Below are positions 1 through 11,200 of a stretch of DNA of 64,000 nt, in pieces. The stretch is from a virus. The notes under the pieces are model-generated. The model saw only the letters and a list, made by a program, of their open reading frames with translations. It was not told the origin of the DNA and searched no databases. The stretch is taken from IMG/VR virus record IMGVR_UViG_3300034022_001261. One strand, 5' to 3'. The position numbers were made by a program, and so were the translations under genes. Position 1 is the first letter of the stretch, and each line of letters opens with the position of its first letter.

Positions 1-2
1 GA

Positions 3-1688
3 ATGGTAGTGGGAAGATATGCTACTAAGAAACTTCTTCCAGGAATATTAGGCGCATCAACTAAGGTGAGAACAGTTGAAGGATATGAATATATTAGAAC
101 TGATGATCTTCTTAAGAATCTTGGATGGAGAGAAAAAGAAATAAATGATCTTACTAGATATATAAGCCTTGAGAACGCATTGGTTAATGCTCAGGTGTTG
201 AAGTACTCTGGCATAGGACCAGAAAAAACAGGATTAAATAGATTTTTCAAAGTGATATGCAAAGTCAGTAAAGTAATTGACGGTGACACAATTGATGTTA
301 TAGACATATTTGATAAGGCTGAGGTCCCATTTAGGGTTAGATTTGATGGAATAGATACACCTGAATTAGCTATCGTAAAATCTAATACTGACACTCTTCC
401 TCCTAAGACTGTTAATGTAAAATCTATTAAAATTAAAAATAATATTATGTTTATTAAATTTGATTTAACACTTAAAGAATTTAGCGATTTAGTTGACAGC
501 CCAAGTAATTACTTTCAAGGGTCTGATGAAAATGATGGTAAAACTGGGGATAAAGTTAGAATTTCAATTCCAAACTTTAATGGATCACCATTAATACTAG
601 ATGGAACAATAGCAATTAATGGAAAGCAATATGAAACTATAAAAGATACTACTACAATTACTCCAAGTTTTACTAATGGCGTACAAAGATTTAAGCTATC
701 TTCCAGTGCTGTTAATTCTGATTTTTATGTTGGATCTAGAGTTAAGATATATAACAAAAATTCTCCAGAAGTTAATTGGATGGAAGGAGTAGTAACTCAG
801 GTAGATTCCAATCCAGCAGCTAATGATTATGGCATTTCTGTAAACGTAGATAATAAATCTGGAACTACTGCATCAGCAGTTTATGCTGTAAGTAATAGAC
901 TCTTTTTAAATGGATATATAACAATCCCATATAGGCACGCAGATGTTCAAGAAAAAAATTATACTGGCAACGTAACAGTATATTCATATAAGTCTACTGA
1001 ATTTAAACTTAATACATCGCCAGGTGGAGCTTCAACATTGTTTACCTTAAATGCAATTAAAGACAAGGTAATAGTGTTAAGAGTTAATCCAGATACCAAA
1101 AAAATAACAGCAATAGTTGGCGAAGATGACTTCGAAGCCGGAGCCCAAAAGAATACTTATGTTTCCTATGGTAAGGATATTTATGGGTCAAGAGTATTGG
1201 GAACTATATTCTATAAAACTACTCAAAAAATAATAGATTCTTTAAGTTTAGAAATAAATAATTTATTTGTAAAAAACAAAACTTTATCAGATACAGATAT
1301 AAAAATTCAATTAAAAAACAGTTTCTACGATGGAGTGTTTCATGATAGATTTACTGAAATTTATGACGCAACATCAACAACGTCTTTAGTCGACTACTAC
1401 AAGTTATATGCAGCGAGCAAAACTAATTTTATAAGTACTACAAATGCAAGAATAAAGATATATAATACATATTTTGCAATGAGAGTAATCAGAGATATAT
1501 ATCAAAAAGTTTCAGATTGGCCAAATATAGCTTGGGATGAATACTATGATGATGGGACTCCAGCTTCTTTGAACTGGGAACTTGTGGTAAATAATTTAGC
1601 TAAAGTTTATACTTCCGGACTATTAGTAGAGCAGCCGTCAATAAATACATCAAGTGAAACTTTAGCAATAGGAAAAAACGGAGCATAA
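3..1688 (+). CDS. C-terminal part of a large tail/baseplate protein with an interrupted thermonuclease (SNase)-like domain (5' partial)
   Basis: ORF open from the window edge. SNase motifs KVIDGDTIDV and RVRFDGIDTPE, then after an insertion KDIYGSRVLG and LNWELVVNNLAKVY. Located upstream of baseplate genes. Confidence 0.6.
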   Translation: MVVGRYATKKLLPGILGASTKVRTVEGYEYIRTDDLLKNLGWREKEINDLTRYISLENALVNAQVLKYSGIGPEKTGLNRFFKVICKVSKVIDGDTIDVIDIFDKAEVPFRVRFDGIDTPELAIVKSNTDTLPPKTVNVKSIKIKNNIMFIKFDLTLKEFSDLVDSPSNYFQGSDENDGKTGDKVRISIPNFNGSPLILDGTIAINGKQYETIKDTTTITPSFTNGVQRFKLSSSAVNSDFYVGSRVKIYNKNSPEVNWMEGVVTQVDSNPAANDYGISVNVDNKSGTTASAVYAVSNRLFLNGYITIPYRHADVQEKNYTGNVTVYSYKSTEFKLNTSPGGASTLFTLNAIKDKVIVLRVNPDTKKITAIVGEDDFEAGAQKNTYVSYGKDIYGSRVLGTIFYKTTQKIIDSLSLEINNLFVKNKTLSDTDIKIQLKNSFYDGVFHDRFTEIYDATSTTSLVDYYKLYAASKTNFISTTNARIKIYNTYFAMRVIRDIYQKVSDWPNIAWDEYYDDGTPASLNWELVVNNLAKVYTSGLLVEQPSINTSSETLAIGKNGA

Positions 1689-1691
1689 AAA

Positions 1692-4395
1692 ATGGATGAT
1701 TTAAAATTTAATGTAGATGACTTGGCTGACTCATCTACAATAACTAAAAAAGTAGCAGAAAGTTTTTATCCAACTGGAGAACCATTAAAAACTTCCTATT
1801 CCCAAGACCCTAATGCAGCAAGCAGGCATCTGACTCAAAGGGACTTGCAAAGCATATTAGGTGGAGACGCATTATATAGAAGCCCAAACTTTGCCCTACA
1901 GATAAGTCAAAAAAATACAGAATCAAGCATTGCCTCAATACTAGCAGCCAACCCAGGAACTGATGCATCAGGGAAGGGCATTGTTATATCAGACCCAAAT
2001 TCACAAAATGCCAATGCAACCCTAACTCGGATCTACTGCCTTTAGCCAAATAGTGGCTAGTGGGTCCTTGGGCAAACAAGGCCTAGGTTATAACCTGCCC
2101 AACGTTCTTACCGACTTATCCAATAGCGTTGGCCCAGATGGAGCTCCGCATAGCGATACGGTTGGTAGCTTTAACCCGACTACAGCAGCATCTGGTGCAG
2201 GTAGAGCAGTTACAATAGCAAGTCAATTAACTCCCGAAGAAAAAACTATTTTTGAGGAAAGAATGAAACAGGTAGTTTCAACTGGCATTGTCAGTGATAT
2301 TAATCAACTAGCTTTTACTTTTAGGGCAACTGACTCAGCAAAAATACCTTCTACTTCAAAAATATACCTTACGGCATCTAGAGGGGTTAATAACAATAAT
2401 AACCCGATATTGAATACTGATCAAAGCTATTGGACGGGGATTGACGGTAAAGTAGCCTACACTTGTGCTTCAATGGTAGAGCTCTTACTCTGCCTTGGGT
2501 CCAGTGGGTCGGGGCTATATGTAAAAGGTAGCTTGGGTGCTACTAATGGTTTTACTGGTGCAGCTCAAGGAAACATGTTGGATCAGGGTACTGTATCTGA
2601 CCATACATTTGGTAGAGCTTTTGACATAACTATGGTAGGAAGGTCTAGCTCAGATGCAGTTAGTCTTGCTGGTAAGAACGTAGATGTTTACAGAACTGCA
2701 TTAAACCTAATATTAGCTAAGCTTAAGACAGTCCCAGAGTATCTTCATCCTGATTTAATAGTGATTCACGATCAACTTATGACTGAGTATGGGATAGGCA
2801 ATGGCTTTGAAGGTGATTTTGCAAGCACTAATGCTGCATTAATAATAAAAAATTACCCTGAGTTAGTTAGAATAAATTTTTCCGGAGATGCAGGACATAG
2901 GGATCATATACATATGTCATTTGGCCCAGCAAGAGCTGGCTCTTATGAAGACTGGGTAGATTCAGATGAAGGTTCATCAGGTGAAGGTGATCCAGATGCT
3001 GGTGACCCTCCTGCTGGAGATGCCGGTGATATCTCCGAGCTTGGCCAAAGCTACGCTCAAGGGCCAACATCAACACATGCATTGAAGAATAAGAACGCAC
3101 TCTACAAAGCATTAGTAACATATGGTGGATACAGTGCAGCAGCAGCTGCAATATGGATGTGCATAGCGGAAAGAGAAAGTAATTTTAGCCCTGGCGGATT
3201 CAATGGCCTAGTTAACGACAGTTCCGGTACGCCAAAGGGCACTAGTGATTATTCAATTGGTCTTTGGCAAGTAAACTTTTTAGGAATTCCAAGTCTATTG
3301 ACTAAAGCCTTAACTTTAGTTAGCTTAGATTCAACAAACACAAAATTAGTAAAAGTACTTGGTCGTGGTTATAAATTAATCGACAAAGATTGGGAAGCAA
3401 ATGGGACGAAAGATCAAACTACTGCAATAGCAAAAATGAAAGAATGGTATAAGGTTAATCCTAAAAAGCCAGATGATTATGGTATTAGTGAAGGAAAGTT
3501 GCATTCTGACCCAAGATTATGGAATGCCCTAACCCAAATATTCTTGTTGTCAGAATTAACCGCCAAAAGAAAAGATATGTGGATGTGGTGGAACTGGGGA
3601 GAATATGGGACAGAAGGAAAAGTTGGAGAAGCGTACAGTGCAAGCAAAAGACCACCAGCAGGGTGGCTAAGGGGGCTTAAGTTCCAAACAGCGGTAAACT
3701 ATTATCTAGCCAATAATCCAGGGAAAACAGCGGAAGACCTTAAGTCTTGGGTAAAGAAAAAGGGAACAGACAAGAATCTTAGATCCAGTAAAGAATTTTT
3801 AGACCAATGGTTAGCAGGGTATGTATTTAAAACTAACGGTGACATATCGACAGTACCAGAAACAGCTGCTGGAGGGATTCCAACATTTACTAAAACACAA
3901 ATTAAAGAAGCTGCAATTTGGTTAAGGACTAATAGGTTAGATCCATGGGAGGCAAGGACTGGTAATGCCTTTGGCTGCGAGGCTTTTGCTAGTAGGCTCG
4001 GTGCTGGAATTGGTTTATTTGGTCCAGTCAAAAGAGATTTGTTTACAAAAGAATGGGATAGGAAAGATGGAGATAAAAGACCATCTAGCAATCTGACTTC
4101 ACATGATACTGCGCAATCGCATTACGAATCAATAAAAGATCGTACATCCTTTTGTAAACCAGGTACATTATATGGGGACAATCCTCCAGCTGGGTATTTA
4201 GTATTTTGGACCGGTGGCACTGGGGGTAATAGTAACTATGGTCACGTAGCTATTTCGTTAGGCGATAAAACTTTTATAGATCAACACGTCACCAATTCAC
4301 CCACACCCACAACGGCAACTACACCTAAACCATTAGGTGGTCAGATTTGGCCTGGAAGTAATTATACATATGTCGGATCTTCTCCGGTTTGGTAA
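1692..4395 (+). CDS. Virion-associated multi-domain peptidoglycan hydrolase (M15-like peptidase + lysozyme/SLT-like + CHAP/NlpC-like), about 900 aa once the +1 break at CGG 2028-2030 is bridged
   Basis: Motifs SDHTFGRAFDI...HRDHIHMSF, CIAERESNF...SIGLWQVN and FGCEAFAS...YGHVAISLG. ORFs 1692..2045 and 2053..4395 join by removing one base in act-cgg-atc. Confidence 0.75.
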
Positions 4396-4405
4396 AGGAA
4401 ATATA

Positions 4406-4769
4406 ATGGCTATAAATTATCCAAAATTTGATAAAAAAATAGATGAGCAAATTCAGTCAGCCCACATGCAGAGAGCTAAGACTAGAATGGGAACTATTGC
4501 TCAGTACGATAAGCATGCAAACACTGCGGTAATTATACTAGAATCAAATTACTCAGATACTATTGGTGGTATAATTAAGAACGTATCTTGCCCAATAGTA
4601 TACCGGACTTCAAATGGTTAGCCCAGAACCAGGCGATAGATGTATTGTAGGGTTTAAAGATGACAATGAAAGATATGCATACATAGTCACCTTTATAAAT
4701 GATTTTTATAATGGCAGGACTACAAATATGAATATAGCAAACACCGGCATACCTAGGTTTATGATTTAA
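4406..4769 (+). CDS. Putative baseplate spike/hub-associated protein (OB-fold-like), 120 aa with a +1 break at CGG 4604-4606
   Basis: ATG 4406 after AAGGA. The +1 frame continues GLQMVSPEPGDRCIVGF... to TAA 4767-4769, 1 nt before the next ATG. The PxxGDxCxVxF pattern is typical of gpV/gp138-like N-termini. Confidence 0.5.
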
Positions 4770-4770
4770 A

Positions 4771-5433
4771 ATGGCAGTTAATAAAGATATATTAAATAAT
4801 GCAGAAACTGGAAACCCAGGTTATTTTGATGAAGCTCTTGAGCTGGAGAAAAGAAGCACTTTCTCCAGAAGAGAAGTTGGATTAACCCATCCAGATACTT
4901 CCTCTTTTATTAAATTAAATGACAAAGGTGAAATTGAAATATTTGCCGGAGAAGAAATAGGGATAATAATAAGCCCATCTACTGGAACAATATCTTTATT
5001 TGCAGATATTGTTAAAGTATATACCAAAGAGGATTCTGGTTTTAGATGGAATAATAAGAGTTTAAATTACGCCGGCGACTCATATAATGAGCCATCTTTG
5101 GTTACTACTGAGATTAAGGAAATAAACTCCGGCTTTAATTATGCAGACTATTACCTAAGTGCAGTAGATCAATTTGACCAGACAGATAATTCTAATAATA
5201 ACATAGTTACTATAAATGGAGAATTTGCCTTTAGGCCCAACAAGCCTGACACCTTCAATACAGGTATACCTAGCAATAGTCCAAGTACTATAAGTAAGAA
5301 CGACCAGGATCTACTAAGGGATTATGCCCTGACAAATAGTCAGGATAAATTAAATTATATGAAAACATTAATAGAATCTGGTTTTACATTTAATCAAGCT
5401 GCGGAAAAAACTTTAAGGGATAAAGGTGTCTGA
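4771..5433 (+). CDS. Hypothetical baseplate-associated protein
   Basis: 220-aa ORF with a beta-rich segment SFIKLNDKGEIEIFAG, between the spike-like and gp25-like genes. Confidence 0.45.
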   Translation: MAVNKDILNNAETGNPGYFDEALELEKRSTFSRREVGLTHPDTSSFIKLNDKGEIEIFAGEEIGIIISPSTGTISLFADIVKVYTKEDSGFRWNNKSLNYAGDSYNEPSLVTTEIKEINSGFNYADYYLSAVDQFDQTDNSNNNIVTINGEFAFRPNKPDTFNTGIPSNSPSTISKNDQDLLRDYALTNSQDKLNYMKTLIESGFTFNQAAEKTLRDKGV

Positions 5434-5806
5434 TTTATTTTTAACTCTCGATGGGGACTTAGCCATCAATGGCAATAGAGATATTGGAGTTGTCCAGTCC
5501 TCTAAGCAGAATGATGTTCAACAAATCTACATTAGGCTGATGACAGAACCAGGTGATTTCTACGCTTATCCAAGTCTTGGAGTTGATTTATCCAGGCTTT
5601 ACGGAATGCCCCAATCTGCCGAAACTGGAGAGCTTGGAAAAGAATTAATTCGCACTGCCCTAGAAAGAGAAAATATTTTTAGAGGAAAAAACATATCTAT
5701 CAACGCCGTACCTATAAGTAATGATGTTATTAGATTCGATGTGCACATATTGAGTGGATCAAACCAACCAGTAACTCTTAGCATAAAACAAAACTTGGGA
5801 GCATAA
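5426..5806 (+). CDS. Baseplate wedge protein, gp25/GpW-like
   Basis: 126 aa, QQIYIRLMTEPGDFYAYPSLGVDL motif, directly upstream of the J-like gene. Confidence 0.7.
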   Translation: MSDLFLTLDGDLAINGNRDIGVVQSSKQNDVQQIYIRLMTEPGDFYAYPSLGVDLSRLYGMPQSAETGELGKELIRTALERENIFRGKNISINAVPISNDVIRFDVHILSGSNQPVTLSIKQNLGA

Positions 5807-6976
5807 ATGCCTACTATTAATACTAAAACTAAAGAAGAGATAGTCTCTAGAATACTAAGTGCATTGGAAAGAAATGCTAGTATTAGCGCTACTTCTCCTG
5901 GTTCTATTGCAAGGGCTTTTGCAGAATCATTTGGAGCAGAGATGTTCTATTTATATGAATCATTTAAAGAAGCTATAAATCAAACCAATCTATCAACGGC
6001 TTCAGGTAGGTCCTTGGACTTGATTGGGGAACTCTATAATGTCCAAAGAAAGACCATATCAGATCAATTAATATTTGACAGATCTACTGCTAACATAGAA
6101 TTCTTTTTAGATATAGCTAGTTCTGGCGATGTCATTATCCCCAAAGGTACTTTAGTATATAATGATGTTGGCTCTTTCTCTTCCGCCCAATACTCTTACA
6201 CCTTAGTAGGAGATGTTGTAATCCTTTCTGGACTCAAGAAGGGCTATGGGGCTGTGCAGCCAAACTTTCAGTCTAACGATTACGTAGCTTCAGTTGGCTC
6301 ATTAACTAGGCATAATTATATTTCCCCTCCGGGATCCCTAGTATTTTGTTCTAATCCAAAAGAAATATATCCAGTCTTGAACTCTGAGTCAGACGATAAT
6401 TATAGAAGAAGAATTATTTCTTCAGTCAAAATAAATGCTACAGGAACTGCTGAAGCGTTAAGATTTGCTGCACTTTCCGTAAAGGGAGTTAAGGACATAA
6501 GAGTAAAGGAAGCTTCGTATGGGCTTGGCTCTTGTGATGTTATCATAGTTCCAGAGGTAGCTGGCAATATTGGAGTAATCCCACAAACCGTAACTAATAC
6601 CATAGCTCCTATTAGGCCAATTGGGATTAGAATGAATATAACCATGGCAGAACCGGTAGACTATTCACTACAAGCCGTTATAACGCTTCCTTATGGCACT
6701 GGAGAAAACCTTCGTGTAGGAGTACAAAACCAAGCTACCATTTTTGTTAAAAGATATCTTAATTCACTGACAATAGGAGATAGTGTTTCCATTCAAGAAA
6801 TAGAGGCTAGGATCAGATTATCTTCCGATTTAGTCAAAGCTGTCAATATAACAGCCGCTTCCGCTAAGGGGGTTAATGTCAATAGAAAAGATTTTAGGCC
6901 TTCATCTGAAAGAGAATATATAGTAGCTGGCAATATTAACATTTCTTCTGTTATAATAGGTGTATCTAATTACTAA
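5807..6976 (+). CDS. Baseplate J-like wedge protein
   Basis: TASGRSLDLIGELYNVQR, ESDDNYRRRI and GTAEALRFAALSVKGV motifs typical of Baseplate_J. Confidence 0.8.
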   Translation: MPTINTKTKEEIVSRILSALERNASISATSPGSIARAFAESFGAEMFYLYESFKEAINQTNLSTASGRSLDLIGELYNVQRKTISDQLIFDRSTANIEFFLDIASSGDVIIPKGTLVYNDVGSFSSAQYSYTLVGDVVILSGLKKGYGAVQPNFQSNDYVASVGSLTRHNYISPPGSLVFCSNPKEIYPVLNSESDDNYRRRIISSVKINATGTAEALRFAALSVKGVKDIRVKEASYGLGSCDVIIVPEVAGNIGVIPQTVTNTIAPIRPIGIRMNITMAEPVDYSLQAVITLPYGTGENLRVGVQNQATIFVKRYLNSLTIGDSVSIQEIEARIRLSSDLVKAVNITAASAKGVNVNRKDFRPSSEREYIVAGNINISSVIIGVSNY

Positions 6977-6996
6977 AGAAAGATGGTTATATAACC

Positions 6997-8232
6997 ATGG
7001 CCGAAAAATATTTTTTGATCACAACCAACCACATAATTAAAGCACCTAACATGACGCAGGCTAAATTAGCCGTAGAGGGTGAAATGGATTTCTTGGGTGA
7101 AGTATTAAAGAACGATTCTCATTCTAAAGAGATACAAGCTGCAGAGGCATTCAAATTTGCTGGGTATAACACAGCTTCCGACATAGATGATGATGAGCCT
7201 GACGCATATGTAGACCTGGAAGATTCTCCAACTGAAGTTAATAGATTTGATTTTATTCGATCTGAGAATAAGAGATTAGCTAAATTAGCTGAAAAAAATA
7301 AGAACGTTAAAGATGAAGCTATACTAGCCGTTTACGAAGCAGCATATGATGCCTTCCTTGACTTTGATCTTCCCCCTATTAAGCAGAATGAAATTACTTC
7401 AGGAAAAGCTGGAGTAGGAGAAACTGCTGTTGCAGTCTTTGGAGACTGGCAGCTCGGCAAGGTTACCCCTAGTTATAACTCTGAGGTATTGGGACAAAGA
7501 ATAGAAGCCTATGCTGAAAAATTAGTAGAGATTACCAATATTCAAAGAACTCATCATCCAGTAGACAATCTTCATGTTTGGCTTTTGGGGGATATCGTTG
7601 AGGGTGAAGAAATATTCCCAGGGCAAAGTCACTTAATTGATTCAGGTTTGTACAGACAAGTTGGAGTTAATGGCCCTGAGATCCTTGGCAATTTCCTCAG
7701 AACCGCACTTCAGAACTTCAAGCATGTCCATGTGACTGGGGTCATAGGTAACCATGGAGCTGTTGGTGGAAGAGCAAGAAAGCAGCATGACCCTGAGACT
7801 AATATGGACAGACTCCTTTATAAGATTGTCGAATTAATATTCAAAGATGAGCCTAGAATCACCTTTAATATTCCAGACGGTAAGGGCGAAAGAAACTTCT
7901 ACGCAGTAGACACTATTGGCAGCTATAGCTCCCTGCTTATCCACGGAGATCAAATGCCTGCACCAAGCGCTTCCTATGGTTACTATAAAAAGGTAATGGG
8001 ATGGAAAGATGGTGCTATCCCGGAGCATTTTGAAGATGTATTTATGGGGCATTATCACCAGCAGGTGAAGATGACTATAGGTAGTAGTCTTTTGAGAATT
8101 TCTGGCTCTCCAGAAAGTCACAACACCTATGCTCAAGAGTATTTCTCCTCTATGAGTAGACCATGTCAGCACTTAATGTTTGTCCACCCAGATAATGGAG
8201 TTACTTCAGAGTACTCAATCTGGCTAGACTAA
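6997..8232 (+). CDS. Calcineurin-like metallophosphoesterase with an extra N-terminal domain
   Basis: Five motifs GDWQ, LGDIVEG, GNHG, IHGD, GHYH. Confidence 0.8.
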   Translation: MAEKYFLITTNHIIKAPNMTQAKLAVEGEMDFLGEVLKNDSHSKEIQAAEAFKFAGYNTASDIDDDEPDAYVDLEDSPTEVNRFDFIRSENKRLAKLAEKNKNVKDEAILAVYEAAYDAFLDFDLPPIKQNEITSGKAGVGETAVAVFGDWQLGKVTPSYNSEVLGQRIEAYAEKLVEITNIQRTHHPVDNLHVWLLGDIVEGEEIFPGQSHLIDSGLYRQVGVNGPEILGNFLRTALQNFKHVHVTGVIGNHGAVGGRARKQHDPETNMDRLLYKIVELIFKDEPRITFNIPDGKGERNFYAVDTIGSYSSLLIHGDQMPAPSASYGYYKKVMGWKDGAIPEHFEDVFMGHYHQQVKMTIGSSLLRISGSPESHNTYAQEYFSSMSRPCQHLMFVHPDNGVTSEYSIWLD

Positions 8233-8251
8233 CCTCGAAAGGCATCTGTAG

Positions 8252-11200
8252 ATGAAACAATATATATTAGCCTTAAGAAGTCTTGACTTTATTAAGTCTG
8301 GTAAGAGTTGGTCTACTGGATCTATCGACTTATACAATAACAAGTCCTATACCAACTACTCTATTACTAGATCAAGATTTGGTATAGATGAACTTGGAGA
8401 TAGAACTTTTGTTGGCACACAGATAGTCCAAGATGCTACGCCAAGCGTAACTGTATCCGGGCTAGAAGCTGAGACAGTTACTAATTATGGCGAAATAGTC
8501 AAAGAAGCAGGAGTTATATCCTATAGTGTATTTGACTATAATGAAAATATTGGTCAGTATTTCATCTTTACTACAGGGGACCAAGCTACACCTTATTATG
8601 TATTGCAGGGATCACAAACGCCTGATCTATTTAGGTTTGTTGATACAAGCTCGCAAATAGACATACTAAGCTACAAAGCTGCATTCACAAATATAAATGC
8701 AAAAGATGCTCCAACATATACTATAAAAGTTTATGAAGGAGATGCTGCAGAGGGTCCATGGATGCTCTCTTCCATTTCTTCAGATGTAGGGACTCTATTC
8801 ATCAGTAATGCTAAGCGTTACTCTAAGTTTGAAGTAGAAGTAGAATCTGAGCTAGAGCCATCTGATGTAGAAAATTTTGGTTTTGTTTTATTAGTCCAAG
8901 TATCAATAGCAGACCCAATACCCCCGGTGCTAGGTAAGAGCGCTAAAAACATCTTGGCAAGATTTCCATCTTGGATGAAAATGTATGAAGACTCTATGGA
9001 CCAAGCTACTCCTGATCTATATGTTCCTCAAACTGTAGCTGGAAAGTTTATCAATGCGCTTATTGCTGACTACCCAGAAGACTTTGAAAAACAAAAAGAT
9101 TTATTTGGATTAGATAAAGCTATATCTACAGCTGATACCGATCAATTATCTTGGATTTATTCTATAACAGATGTCCCGCCTAACCACACAAGTGTTACCG
9201 GCGAAGGTTTAGTCTCCCTATCTAAACTTAGTTCCATAGAAGATCTTTACGAATCCAGAAAAGGCGACCTCTGTTACTACTATAATCCAGTAGACAGGGA
9301 AATGTTTACAGTTACATTATTCCCTTATTTGAGCATAGATGGAAAGTCCTATAATCAAAATCCAATTCTTAGATGGAACTGGTTTGATGAATTTGGAACT
9401 CGAGTTGGTTTAAAAAGACTGTACTTAGAAAGTAATGATAATTTTAGATTAAGAATTCTTGATGTATATCAAAACCTTCCAGGAGTTTCTTCTGATAGCT
9501 TTAAGTTAACTCTTCGTCGCGAGCTAGACATATGGTCTGCCTATGGAGCAACCCCTGATTCTGATTATCTTGGAGCTACCCCAGAGATAATTGAAATTGA
9601 AGACATGGAAACTAGTACTCCGTACTTCTCTTTCGCTGGAAATCCTCAACCTGAGTTTAAGAACTTTGTTAAAAATTTAAATGAAAAATACCCAGTTAAC
9701 TGGGGATATGTTAAATGGGATAATGGTTTTTGGGATTATGCTGGAAAAGATCAAACTGGAATTGGAAGAATAAAAGCTTCCTATGATGACAGCGCAAGCC
9801 CTTTTGGAACTTATTATCAAGCTGGAGTAGGCGACAATAATGATGCGCTGATCATGGTAAAGGAACCGATTGAATCTAATATAGATTTTTCCGCTAAGTT
9901 TAAAGCTCATGGGATTCGTAAAACTGGAGTAGAAGATGTATATTCCCCTATTGCTGTTAATTATGAGTATTACGGATCCTATTATCAAACAGTGTATGAG
10001 AATACTTCAGCAACAGCAAATTTTGATTATGCGTTAATTTTACCGCCGCATGCTTCTCATGCTAGCCCATCTGTCTACCATGCCACGATCAATACTTTCC
10101 CGACAAACTCTTACTCTCCAACTCATTCCTCTAGTCCTGAATACAGTATTACTAAAATTTTTGATGCAGAAGGAAATAGTATAGATGGAATTAATTTTTA
10201 TAACAGAGTAACTGGAGAACTATATAATGACTCTACCGCAACTCCTGCTACAAGTAAGGTTAACTTCTACTACGCTACAGAACTATCCGCAACTCCAATG
10301 CTCGGTTCTGCTGATTCCCATATAAAGTTTGCTGACGCAACTCCTATTACATCTACTATAGGTACTCCCGTAAGAATAACTAAGCCGTACTTCACAACTA
10401 CTTCAGCTGATATTAAAGTTGTTTCAATTAAATACGATGCAGTGACAAAAAGATTTTATACTACTCCAAAAATACCAGGAAGTTTGGAAATTAATGCGAG
10501 TAACGATACGAGTGTTACTAAAGATTTTACTTTAGACAAAAACTTTATACAAAATAATATAGTGTTTCCTCCAGGGTCTACTCCTGAATACATCTATATA
10601 GACAATTCAACTCCTTTTGGATATTTTTCTGCAACACTGTATGAGGACACCGGACCTTTTAAGGGATTCGGCGGAGTTGCATACGATCCTAGTTCTGGAC
10701 TAGATCAAGTAATCCCTTCATCCCCCAATATAATTGCATCCTATCTTAGTCCAAACTTTGCTACTCCTACATTACATCCAGGGTATAGAGATACAACTGG
10801 TAGTACTGTTAACTATTACTTTACTTCTTTGCTGTATCCTTATGGGGCTACTCCAACATCAATAGTTTTTTCTAGCGCAGACAGTGCAAACTACCCATTT
10901 ACCGCAGATGTTCTAACTGAATTTACGGCGCACAGTACTCCAATGATAGATGGAACTGTTAATGAGTTTGGAGTTGTCAGAACCGATCCAGATAATAAAG
11001 ATGAAAACTTTACTCAAAACAGCAATCTAGTTGGAAGATATAATTTAAGTTATTCTGACTTTGGCATTGATGCGGTTAACTATAGAATCAAAAAAATAGA
11101 AGCAGTCAATGATGTAGACGGTGTGGATTTATCTTTGTCAAAAGAGTTTGTCTATAGAAATACTGATCAGAATATATACTTTGCTAACTCAATTATTGAA

